A stretch of DNA of 64,000 nt from Octopus bimaculoides (Eukaryota), in assembly GCF_001194135.2 (NCBI RefSeq), contig NC_068984.1:18444279-18508278 (forward strand). The letters are read 5' to 3'. Shown here piece after piece: positions 36,353 to 49,581 of this stretch. Each line of letters begins with the position of its first letter. Position 1 is the stretch's first letter. Below the pieces are notes generated by a model. That model searched no databases and was not told where the DNA came from. It saw only the letters and a list, made by a program, of their open reading frames with translations. The position numbers and the translations under genes are program-made.

Positions 36353-39300
36353 GTAACACTTCCTTTTATCATCTATCTCTTTTGTCTTCCAATGTTTGCT
36401 GATTTGTGTTTCATGGTTTTCTCTGTGTTTCCTCAAAATTTATTTTTTTTAAATTCAATAATTACTGAAAAATCAGAGGATAGCAGATTTATCATTATTC
36501 TAATGAAATTTATTTTTTATACTTGGCACAAGACAAGAAAATTTTTCTTTTCTTAGAAAACTTAGTAGCATCTGATTAAAAAGTTTTTTTGATATTTTAA
36601 TCATGTGGGCCCAGGATTGTTTAGAGGGCCTCCAACACTAGTGGAAGGAAAGTATCCTTAAACTGGAGACCTTACCTGAATGCTTACAATTGAGTGGGCT
36701 CTTCTAAAGGTACCAGGTGGTTGTGATAAACTGGGTGACAGATTAAGTCCCCCACCCAAGTATGCCATGGCTGAATTTGAACCTAGAGAACCAAACTAAA
36801 TACTGCAAGACATCCCATCCAATGCTTTACAATTTCTGCCAATTTACCATCCTAGACTAGTACTTTGACCCTGGAAGGAAAAAGGCAGGATTGAACTCAG
36901 AACACAAGGTACTGGAGTAAATGCCACTGCACATATTGTTCACTCTATTATGACTCTGCTGCCAAGTTGTGCACTTAAAAATAACAAAAATGGCGCACTC
37001 TAGAGATTGATAAAACATCTAAAATGGATCACTATATTTCAAATAAATATCGCCTAATTTTTAGTTGAAATGCTTGAGACCACTCATTCACAATGTCAGC
37101 ATATTCCAACAGTGGTGGGTGGTAGTTGAGGTTTCAATATTGTTTTATGATGCTTAAATTCTTTACTGGAATTAAGAGATGTTGTTGTTACCAGTGAAAC
37201 ACAAGAGAGCAACTAGGCCACTCACAAAAGATTATTAAACTAAGATAATAAAATTCTGCCGGAGTAGATAAATATATCAGTGCCAATGAACTAGTAATTC
37301 AACTTATTAAATGGTTTCTTGAACAAATTGTCTTATTATTCATGACAGTTATTTAAATATGTAAATACTTTCACTTCAATAATTTGTTTCTCAATAGAAA
37401 TTAGACCTCTGCTGGGAAAAGATTTTAAGATTTAGGAAATGTAGTCAAGATGTTTAAAATAATAAGGGTTAAACTGAATTTAAAATTAAATTTATTACTG
37501 TCTCTTATTATCAATTTTACAATGAGGATGTCTAGCCATAAAAAGAAAATTTCTCTTCTCAAAACTCATATCTAAATTAGTGTTTTAGTGAACAAAAAAG
37601 ATAACGTATTCACCTAGCTCGTATGAGACACTCCAATATATTTTTAGATATCGTGGTATGATGTTATCGACCAGACTCTCAGATATTATACATCATTGGT
37701 TACAATGCACTTCACATTGTTTTAGCTTTCAAATGGTGCCACCCTGCTGGCTGAGTGAGCAGGCTAACATGGTTTGTGATCGGAAAATTATTCTGTCTCA
37801 GGGATACCCATTTACGATTGAGTGGACTGGATCAATGTGAAATAACATGTATGTATGTTTGTGTCCCTGTGTATACAGACACTCAGGCATTCATACACAG
37901 CATAGGGGTTTACATTACTAAAGCTGTTTTATTGTAATAAGCTCCATTAGTTACTTCTATATAGCCTCAAGGAAATGTAGATACCACACATTAATATAAT
38001 GTAATTTAAATCCTAATAATTAGATACCTTTCCAATATATATTTACATCCCTATTATATACCAAAATATACCTTCTGCTTATTTTCTTGCTTTACTTATG
38101 TGACTCTGAATTTTGATGTTGCTATTTACTACTCTTCTGTGTTTCTGTACAGGCGTTGTTGCTATGGGGACTTGCAAGCTTCCAACCCAAACCTCATTTT
38201 CAAGTAGAGACCATTTTCACTGATTAATCTTAAACTATTTGAATTGTCTCTGCTCTGCAATAATATTATCAGATGTGGTTTTGAGGATTAGAGCATTTTC
38301 AATACTATCAGTTAATAATTGGCTCTAGAATAAACATGCTGCTAAATTCCAAATTAAGATATCATATCCCATTACCAGCCAGAATAGTTTATGAAAATAT
38401 TGCTAAACAGAAATATATATGGCATGACTGAGTGGTTGAGAAGTTCACTTTTCAACCATGAAGTCTAAGGTTCAATCCTGCTGTGTAGCATCTGTGGCAA
38501 GTATATTTACCATAACCTTGAGTTAACTTTGGCCTGGCATTGTGAGTAAAATGAGGTAACCAGAAGCTGTACAGAGCCTATCGGATGGATTGTATCTGTA
38601 ATCCCAAGGTGCAACCTTATCACATACCGTGTGTCTAAGGAATATTCAACCACCTTGCATGCTAATTCAATAAGTAGATTGTTCAGTTGATCAAACAACC
38701 AGATGCACTTATATCTAAATCAATGAGTGCCCATTCTTAACACCAACTGGATAACTAAATTTTAAAATAAAACATTCACTTGAATAATTCGTTCTAAAAT
38801 TGACACAAGGCCAGCAATTTGGGCAGGGAAGTAGGTCTAATCAGTTACAATGACCTTATTACTTGACTAGTGCTTTATTCTATCAACCCTTGAAAAGATA
38901 AAAGGTGAAACTGGCCTCGGTAGAATTTAAACTTCAAACGTAAAGACTTAGAAACAAATATCACAGAACAATTATGCCTGATACCAGTCAATGCAATAAT
39001 GATTGATCACAATTCTTCTTACTTTTGTTTCTTAGCTTTGCCATATTGAGTCCCTTTCAATATAGTCCTAGCATTCATTGTATAAATGAATAACATGTTG
39101 TTAGAAAATAATGCTTTGATTTCAGGGACTTTATTTTCTAAGTTAGTCGAAGGGAACAATGAAATCTCACAAGTGTAGGAGGCCATGATGTCCTTCTGCA
39201 CTTATTAGACTCATGTAGCTGATCTTCATTTTGACCATCCGTAGGTCAGTGTCTGGAGAGAGAAATATGAACCGAGGTGGTTCCAGAGGGCCACAGTTCA

Positions 39301-42300
39301 GATGTAGGGAGAAAGATTGAGAAATATATATAATGTCAGGTTTTGTAAATGAGACACTAAGGATGATGAGACTACAAGAGACAGATGGGACAAATAGTCT
39401 TGAATGGCGAGGGTATGTAGTTGGCTACTTATTCAGAAGAGCAGAAATCATTATAACAGCAATCAAAGAGATAAAGGAAAGAAACGGCATGATTGTGATT
39501 GAAGTGTTTTAGTGATTGAATCTTTGCCAGTCATTTGAATGGCCTTCCTTTTGATAATTGAATGGCCATGTAATGTTTCCACTGACTAGTTATCTACACA
39601 ATTTAGTGGTGATTTTAATATAAAGCTCTCCATAAAGGGTATTTACATCATTAAAAGTCAGAATGACAAATTTTGTATGTATTTATGTAAGGATTTTTTT
39701 GTTGTTGTTTTTTTTTCTTTTAAATTCAAATTGATAAAACTGAAAAATATTTTTTAACTAAAATTAGCGGAGTCAAAATATCTGTAGTTGAAACTTAAAT
39801 TGAAATCAAAGTTAAAAATCTAGAATTTTCCTTACAGAATCAAAATTGAATTTTAGCTCTCTGCGGTTTGATTAAAAATTAAATTTCAGTTTCAATTCAA
39901 AACATTTCTCAATTTAATTTTTCCTCTTTCTTCATTGCTGTTTCAAAAATACCTTCATTTTATTAATTTGAAATTTCAAACTAAAATTGAAATGAGTGAG
40001 ATAATTAAAGGAAAATTCATATAGGTGCAAGCATGGCTGTGTGGTTAAAAAGTTTGCTTTGCAACCATGTGGTATCAAGTTCAGTTCCACTGCACAGCAA
40101 CTTGGGCAAATCTCTTCTATTATAGCTCTGGCCTTGTGAGTGAATTTGGTTGACAGAAACTGTGTGGAATCTCATCATATGTGTATGTATGCATGTATTT
40201 GCTATTACTCACACACACATGCACCACCTAGCAACTGGTAGTGGTTTATTTACGTCCTTGTAATATAGCAGTTTCATAAAAGAGATAAATAACATAAGTA
40301 CCAGACTTTGAATAAAAGTATTGGAGTTGATTTGCTCAACTAAACACTTCAAGTCAATGCCCTTCAAGTCATGGTTGCCATTCAATGACTGAAATAAGCA
40401 AATGATAAAAGATATCCAATGGATCAAGATTTGATTTTTTTTATACTGGATACTCTATAATGCTTTATTTGTGGCCAAGGACATGATGACTTTTCAAGTA
40501 TCAATACCACACTAAAATCTACCCACACAGTTTTGTAACGTGGTTGGTTTTCAGAAAGAAATCCAGCTTTAGAAGCCATGCCAAAATGAAATGTATTTGT
40601 GAGATGTAATCCTACAACACGGATATGAGAGCAATAACTCCGATTAAGCATGGGCTTGGACCATGACAACCTGTCCAACTCATGCCTGCATGGAAGGAAG
40701 AAATAAAGTGGTGAGAAAGGTGCATTCAAACTCAGAATATATAACATAAAAACACTGGTGGTTCTATTTAAATGAAGCTAGTGTTTATGTAGTTGCTATG
40801 GTGATGTTTTTGTTTCACTGGGGTAAGGAGTTAATCAAATTCCATAGCAGAAATGGAAGTGTTGCATTAATGCTTACAATGTTAGAATCCGTATTGAGTG
40901 AGAGACCAATGGTAAAGGCAAAATTTGAACACATAACCTTTGTTTACTACTGTTGGCATTTTAGTGTTATAACCATCCCAGAGCTACTTAATTCTACAGA
41001 TTTTTAGTCAATACATTAACTGCTGGATAATAAGGGGTAGCGAGTACTACTTTAAAAATGAATGTTTATAGGCTTGGAAACACCTAGAAGATATATATAT
41101 ATATATATATATATTAAGAGAGAGAGATATACAGATGTAATGATTTCTGTGTTTAGTGAGATTAAAGAAAAGAAGGTAGTGCTTTTAGGAAACGTGCACA
41201 TTTGAAATGTTATATTTACACTCTGGTACTTTCACCATATATGATAAAAATTTCAAGCTGCTATTATTTATATTACTTGATATGCTAGAAGTATCAAAGA
41301 AAAAATTAAAATGTTTGAAATTTCCATGATTTAAAATGAACAGATTAAAACATCAAAAGATTATCAATGTTCTTTCATTTCCTNNNNNNNNNNNNNNNNN
41401 NNNNNNNNNNNNNNNNNNNNNNNNNNNNNNNNNNNNNNNNNNNNNNNNNNNNNNNNNNNNNNNNNNNNNNNNNNNNNNNNNNNNNNNNNNNNNNNNNNAT
41501 ATATATATATATATATATGAATGCTTGTGTGTGGATAAACATATGCATAGACGTGTGGTGGGATGCATGTGTGTGTGTGTGTGTATATACTTATGTGCAT
41601 GGATGTAATTGATATGACAGAATTGTCTATGACTACATATGAAAAATATTGAAAATGCACTCAGAATGCCTGGAAGTAAACAGATGCAATACTCTCTTTT
41701 TTTTTCTTTTTTTCCCCCCTCCAGATCTGAAAACAAGTATTTCTGTAATAATTTCTCTTGTACATACCTTGCATAAAACACGGGTTGTTATTATTGAAGG
41801 AAAATTTTATTAATTTAGTTTTCCATCATGAAAGATCTCTTTAATCTGTGTGCATTTGAAAACAATGTTGCTATATATTATTCGTCCTCCCAAAATGCAC
41901 GGATGATGTTTTTGATTTGTTTGTGTGTGTGTGTGTGTAGTTTGCAATCATTAAAAAAATCTGAGTACAGAAAAGCAAAAGGAAAGTCTGGATTTATATT
42001 ATAGCATGTATTGTTATTTGGCCCCAACATCGCAACTAATATGATCTTTGGTCAAAGGTGATCCATCATAGACATTTTTTTTTTCTAAAAATAGTGTAAC
42101 TGAGCCTACAGTTTCTAGCATATCCAACTTTTTTAAGACAATAGAGTATTATATGAGGGAGATTCAGTTGCTTTTTCTAGCACATTAAAGAGATTAACTA
42201 GTTGACATGCAATATATGCAGTTTATAATGTTATCTGGAATAGACACAAATATAGTAATATTTAAGATCAAGATAGGTGACAACTAATGGATGATTCCTT

Positions 42301-45300
42301 ACTACTTTGTTTCTAGTTTTTGAGCCAATAAAGAAACTTCAACATGGTTGCTCAACCTGCTAGAAATAGCTACCAAGTTTCCCTCTTAAATCATATCACA
42401 CCTTCTTGTGAAATGGAATAACATGAACAGTGTAGTCATAGATATACATAGAAAATGAGATGGTCAAGCTGGAGTACCTTTAATCACAGGCCTGCTTGGT
42501 CAGGACTGACCTTAGGGTAACTTGGTCTTTTATAGGGAACTTCAGGTCTGAATCTTCTTGAAACCTTCTTCAGTTGAAGATTTCATTGGAAATCAGTTAA
42601 TGAATTAGTTGCAAGAATAATTTGAAAATAGGTGAAAAAGACTCAAATGAAAAGACCTTAACCTGACCATACGTGGTATTAAGATCATCTAAATCTTTAA
42701 ATGTCAGTTATGTAGTGAAATTAGTTAGAAAGTACATCAATGCTTAGCAAGTAGAGCAATCAATAAGTGCACAGGAAATATAACAAGATTTTAAGTAGAC
42801 TAATAGAGATTGCACACTTTCAGAATGACTGATAATGTAAACAATGAAAGATTGAAGACAAACTCTTTAGCAGGGAAGGGCAACTTGGAGTGGTGGAAAT
42901 AATTGGAACAGAAATTGAATATTCATCTCCATGAATGAAGTAACATAATATAAAGATGACTGAGAATAGATTAATAGGATATCGTGAAAAATAAAATTTG
43001 TTATCGCTATCAAGTTGATCATGATCAGGCAAGAATAATAATTATAACAAGTTTTGAATTTCTAGTTTGTAAAAATAAGATAAATTCATGTGACTTGTGA
43101 GGTGTGTTCTGATACCTTGAGCCCAAGATTTTCTTTTGAATAAAATGTTTGTTGTTATGTAGTGTTTACATGCTTGTCTATTAAGTTTAAATTATATTTA
43201 GCTTGCCCTGAATCTAATTATTAATCTGTTTAATGAAAACTAAGAAGCTAGTCCCCCTAGGCAGGATGGCTGGGTAACCAAGAAGTTTGCTTCACAACCA
43301 CAAGGTATAGGATTCAGTCCTACAGTGTGGCACCTTGGGTAAGCGTCTTCAATCACCTCAGGCTGACCAGTGACTTGTCTGTGAGTCTGGTACACAGAAA
43401 CTATATAAAGCTCACCATATAAATATCATATATGAAAAATAAAGATAAACACAGGTTTATATAGTAGTTCCTATGTATTTCACCATTTATGGTTCTTTGG
43501 AGCCCTAGAAGAGGAGTTTCAAATGCTTGACCACAATGGATCATCAGCAAACACTTTATTGAATCAAGTTACAGATAACTGTCCCAGTTTCTATTCTGTG
43601 CATGTGAGTGTGCATGTGCATACATGCACATGCATGAGTGTATGCTGATATTTCACATGTTATTGTGTAAGCAAAACAGTGCTTATGTTGACATTCATGG
43701 GTGACAAGTCAGTTGCTCTGCACTTTCAAAGACCTGTGAAATTCAAAAATCCTTTACCTAAAATACAGACAGGATTGGCAACAGGAAGGGCACCCACACA
43801 TAAAATTCTGCTTCAGATAACTCTATACCTACCTCATGCTGTCATGGATAAACAGATTTAAATAAGATGAAAGAAGTTCTTTTTTGCATCATGTATTTTT
43901 TACATAAAGCACATGTGGAATTTATTTGACTGTATTTGGTTGGATTTTCATGAATGTCATCTCAATTGATGGAAAAATTGAGGAACAGTACTGAGAGAAA
44001 ATGTCTGAAAATATATAAAGTTATTCCTGTGGGTATCTAGAAGCTCTAAAATAGAAGTGTTTTGTTGATGCAATTAACTTCTTTCTTTCTTCAATAATTT
44101 TTAGTTGGAATAAACAGGTCAACAAGGAAATAATACTAAAATTAAGTTATAATCACCTGAAGCTGAAATGCAAAAGGAGCAGACATTAATGATGAATTGA
44201 ATGAGGTTCAGCAGAAAAAAAATAAATTGAAAAAAAAAACAATTTAAATAATTATAAAATATCATCCTCAGATTATTTCAGTTTGTTTATCAATTTAAAT
44301 TAAAAAAGATTAAATAGCAGCTTGGTTTTTTTGCTATTTTTCTTTTTCTCATTTTGTAACCTTTTCTCCTCCCTTAACTCCCATTAATTGAGGATAGTGG
44401 ATTGCTTTGATAACTGGATTGATTTGTACCTCTTGACCTTTGTAAAAACTTCTTTCTGCCATTCAATGAAGTAATCCGACACTCTGCTAACGCGATGTTT
44501 TTCATCTTGTATACCTGTGACATTAGTCCTGACATTTCATTAAATGCGGTGTCTCTGAGAACTGTAAACAAATATGAGGTCAACAGCCAGCAAAGTCTCC
44601 TTCTTCATGTTTGAACACAGAATAAATACTCTGACCACTACTTTTACATGTACATGTGTAAGGTATTTTATTGAAATGTAACTCACATTGATGTAAATAG
44701 TAAAATATCAAATTAGCCCAGCATTGATGTCCCTTGTTCAGTAAATCAACTTTTCAACTTTACTTCGGTTCAACTTTGAAAGACATTAAACGCTTGCAAA
44801 GCATCACAGTTCAAATGGCTATAATTCAGAAGCCATTAGTCTCCACTGAATTACCATTTTTGTATTTTTATAGGTATAGTCACTTAGTAAATTATTTCGT
44901 ACTTTCGCTCAGCTATTTAAATAAGAATGTTAACATGGAAGAATATCGATGATGATCATCATCATCGTAATAATAATAATAATAATAATGATGAATATGA
45001 TGATGATGGGCACTCCATGCTTTCTCACATAATCGTCTTCTTATTTTTACTATTAGCAGAGGAGGAAATCATTTTTATGTGGTTTTAAAACTAATTATTG
45101 GAAAATATATGCTTTTTGTTTTTAAAATACTTTTCAGGCAAACCATTGCAATTCTCTCCACTTAGCTTGAAATGATTTTCTTCTCTGGTTCAGTATGTTA
45201 GAAAAGTGCTTTTCTTCTCAACCCTTCTCTCCCTCCATCACTCTCTCACACACACACATACCAAAGTTATTAAAATTTTTGCCATACATTCTGAGCCTAT

Positions 45301-47559
45301 TCAATGTGTTAATGTACCAATGTACCATAAACTATTCAGTTATTGTAGTTTACAGAGTAAGGAACTTTAAACACATTTATTCTACAATACATTACGAAGA
45401 TAGTAAATTAGAGTTTTAGGGTAAAGAGATTTGGGTTAATGGCTCAAACTGTAACATCAGAAGTCAGTTTGCTATCTTCATTGCAAGATCATTCCTATGA
45501 TGAGATTTTTTAATGAGGAAGAACTTGTAAACATTTCATGGTTACCTTAAATATCTGAATCTGTGAAGACATTTTTTTTAGTTTGTCATTATTAAAACTA
45601 GGCATGAAATAATGAGGTATGAATTAATTTCAAGTATTAATCTATTAACTTTAAGTAACTGACAATGAATAACTGCTAAATTTTAGTGTTGAGAAATACC
45701 TTTTTACTATGTAAGTAACAAATATATTTTCATAAAGACTAAATCATTTAACTATTTCTTTAATTACTCATACAAATTCATGATATTTTATGAATACTTA
45801 TGTACACTTATTAATTCCCCATAGCTACTTCGAGATAAAATATGTAGCTACATACAATATAGCTATTCTCATAGTATTTCTATTACTTCTTCATTTTCTT
45901 CTTATAATGATCTCAAAGACTTTCCATGGCTTTCACTAGTGCAAGTACAGAATTTGCTTCAGCTTTTAAATTCATTGAAACTTACATTTGTGATTTCAAT
46001 TTAGCTAGTAGCTAATGTATGTTTTGGGTTGTTCCTCCCGTCCTCCTCTCCATTCCATCAAATTCTTTATCAAATACTATTGTTTTCTTTTTTTCTTTTT
46101 TTTTTTTTTTTATATTTTCATATAGAAAATTTAGAAAATGTTGACATTGTGAAAGGAAATGATAGGCATCATTTTGAGCGGGGGCAGTTTTCTGTTTTCC
46201 CTATCAATGAGAAATAAAAATTATCATTTAATTCTTTTTTAGATAGTTTTTTTTTTTTTTTTTCCCCTTGTTTTTAAGAATATTTTTGTTTGGCAATGAA
46301 GTCAGATGTTTTCTTACTAAAATTTTTATATGGGATCATTTGTGTCTTTAAAAAAAAAATTAACATTCAATTTCCTCTGTAATTGTTGAGAGTTATTTAA
46401 GAGGTAATGGAGAGGTAGAAAGAACAAGAAAATGTTGTTTTGTAAGGGACATTTTATCTTTTAATTCAGAGTTACAAGAAAAAAGGTTTTTATTTTTTTA
46501 ATTTTAAAGGAGACTAGTGAGTCAGATATTAAAATGAAATAAATCTCTTGTGAATGAAACTTTCTAGAATAAATCTAATAATGAACCGAATTAAAAGTGA
46601 AGGCAGTTAATACAATAATATTTGTAAGAGAAGAGAAATTTGCTGACAAAGAAAGATGCTATTTGCGGAACAATAAAATCCTGCTGTAGATATCTTTGAT
46701 TATATTGGAGACCATTAATTAGATTCCCATCAATGATTTCTGCAATTCATCATTAAAATGTATTTGGATGTTTTAACACTTGATAAAACGAACCTTCGGA
46801 TTCTACCAGAATGATCAAGAAGAGCTATTGGGTGGTAAGTCACAGCTCAAGTTCCACATCAGTGCCATGAAAACAATGGCAAGATGCAAACTATTCTCTC
46901 CATAAAGTAGTTGTCAATGAAGATGACTAATAAACGTTGTGAGAGACAGACATTTGAATATTGCCGATGGCAAATCAAGTTCAAATATTAGTTATAATTA
47001 AATGACATGCATAGAGAACTAAGGACATTGTATACAGCTACTTACAAATCCTGGCTATGGGAGGTCATTATTCAAGTTTTTACAGTAGTTAATTAGTCAA
47101 TTAACGGTTGATATCATAGATTCTAATATGAATTACAGCAGTTGCCATGGAGTTGTATTTTTCTTTTTAAATACGTTGTGGCTTTGGAGGTTAGCAGCCA
47201 TTTGTTGATTATAGGTTTTGTATTTTTAGACAAAGCGTGTGTCTGTGTTCATGCATGTATGTGTGTTTGTGTACATGTGTGTGAGATGCTGAATTGTATC
47301 TCTTTGCTCTGCCATGAAAACCAATCACATCTTAAATCTCATATCCAGCTTGAAATTGGTATTTGAATTCAATTTAGAACCAATTTGTTTGTTCATTAAA
47401 TCCATGCCTACAAGACATTTTGAGAATTTTTCTCATAGATACTGCTGTCACTTCAAAGTTAATTTGATCAGCTTCTATTGAATTCATACTGTTTCTTGTT
47501 TCTCACCTATCTCAGATTAAACAAGCTTTCACTGAGATCATGCCATATATTTAGATATA

Positions 47560-47592
<33 letters not shown>

Positions 47593-48027
47593 CTTCTACA
47601 ATTTACCAAGTAAGCTAAAAGTTAAGTATTAATAGATTATAATCGCAACTTTCAAAGGAAAAAGATACTTGACTTTGTAAACATTGTGTATCAACCACAT
47701 TTTATAATTGAAGCACTTCACACTATCTTTAATATTGAATGTTGCCTTCATTCCGTTTTTCTATTTTGCACATTACCCTTGGGTCAAAAAGGAGTTATTT
47801 TGAATTAGATGAGGTTTAAGACTGTTTCACTTGAAGAGATCATTAGTGAAATAAACCTTCTTTATTATTTCCTCCTTTTTTTTTATCCTTTTTAGCAACA
47901 TTAACTGCCATGCCTTGTTATTGGAACTTACCAGTGATGGCATGTATTTCACGCAGTCATACTGCATTCTGTTTAATTACAAGGAAATGAAATTTATTTT
48001 TGCGTTTTTACAATATTTCGTAATTAA

Positions 48028-48247
48028 CCTTTTAGCATTCAGGTTTCTTTGTCAACTGTTTTGCTTATTTATTCACATTGTTTTGAATTAATCACACATT
48101 ATCTTGTAGCTTCAGGATTTCAATGGTGTGTTAGTATATTTTTAAAATGACATTGCAGAGTAAGTATGAGAGGTTGAATCTGGTCGGTTTAAACATAAAA
48201 TGTGTAGAAAATTCAGGCTGGATATGGCTGGTTTAAATGCTAAAGGG
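48028..48247. mobile_element. piggyBac-like MITE, family E, opposite orientation to the 29697 copy
   Basis: TTAA (48024-48027) CCTTTTAGCATT ... AATGCTAAAGGG TTAA (48248-48251). Confidence 0.82.
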
Positions 48248-48756
48248 TTAAACTTTAATATTTAGCATTTGTGTAAGTTAGATATCCCTGAAACCATGTC
48301 AAAGATACAAAATAAAGCATATTTTTTTCAAATTAGGAAAATGTATCATCAATGGTACATATAGGAGTCGCATGAAGTTTGCAATCAACCACTGGTGGTA
48401 TATATGGTAATTAACATGTTAATCTATCTTCAGTGATGAAAGGAGCTTTTATAGCATATAAAAGACTCTATGAAGCACACCAAGTCTTAAAACATGTGAG
48501 AATGGTCAGGATAAGTTTATAAAACTTCACTCCTATTTTGCTGTTTACCATGTCAACAAATCAAATTTCTATTATCTAATTTATACCCTTATCATTTCTC
48601 TCTGTTATTCCTTAATATGAAAATTACTCTCTTCTTTTCATAAATTATGTAGTGTTACATAATATTAAATTAGTTTTTGTGTTCAGAATTGTTGGATGTG
48701 TAGAGGTTTCTTTTGTGTATTTATCTGGTATTATGTGTTTGGAAGTTAAAGCATTG

Positions 48757-49025
48757 AGCTGGCTAAATCGCTAGAATATCAGAAAAATGTTTTGCAGAAT
48801 TTTTTTTGATCCATTATCTTCTGAGTTCAAATTCCATTGAGGTCACTTTTGTCTTTCATCCTTTTTGGGGTTGATAAAATTTGGACCAGATATGGCCGGT
48901 TTGAATGCTAAAGGGTTAAACATTAATATTTAGCACTCATGTACCAACCAAATACTGGGGTCGATGTAATCAACTAAACTCCTTCCCCTAAAACTGCTTG
49001 ACTTGTACCAAAATTAGAAATAATT
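48757..49025 (+). mobile_element. Family A SINE, diverged, interrupted at about 48881-48940
   Basis: gagctggctaaatcgctag...ttctgagttcaaattcc...tcatcctttttggggttgataaaat | insert | gtacc...tactggggtcgatgtaatc. Confidence 0.85.
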
Positions 49026-49244
49026 ATTAGTTTTGAAGTTAAAGCTGTTAATCCTGGTGCCTCTGTTGAGTTTTATGCTTTATGATTGCAAGGGCATCAG
49101 TAAAAGTGATTTGGATTGCTAGGTTGTTTTTTTTTCTTTCTTTCTTTTAATCCTAAATGATTGTATAAATATAAATTTAAGGGGTAAAAATCAGTAGGGA
49201 TATATTCATTGGGAACAACCTATTACAAGTAAAGATAAAAGAAT

Positions 49245-49581
49245 CTGATGGGGTTCCAGTTGATCCGATCAACGGAACAGCCTGCTCGTGAAATTAACGT
49301 GCAAGTGGCTGAGCACTCCAGACACATGTAACCTTAACATAGTTCTCGGGGAGATTCAGCGTGACATAGAGTGTGACAAGGCTGGCCCTTTGAAATACAG
49401 GGACAACAGAAACAGGAAGAAAGAGTGAGAGAAAGTTGTGGTGGAAGAGTACAGCAGGGTTTGCCACCATCCCCTGCCGGAGCCTCATGGAGCTTTAGGT
49501 GTTTTTGCTCAATAAACACTCACAACTGCGATCCTAAGACCATGAGTCCGCTGCCCTAACCACTGGGCCATTGCACCTCCA
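49245..49581 (-). mobile_element. tRNA-derived SINE, family D, lacking the 3' tail and B-box region
   Basis: Homologous to the other D copies; perfect 15-bp TSD taaagataaaagaat at 49230-49244 and 49582-49596. Confidence 0.9.

Noticed and set aside
46810-46834. 25-nt candidate poison micro-exon (ccag|...GGTG|gtaagt)
   Set aside because: The donor is strong but the pyrimidine tract is weak. Such pairs are expected by chance in a 21-kb intron, and the region may be decayed LINE.
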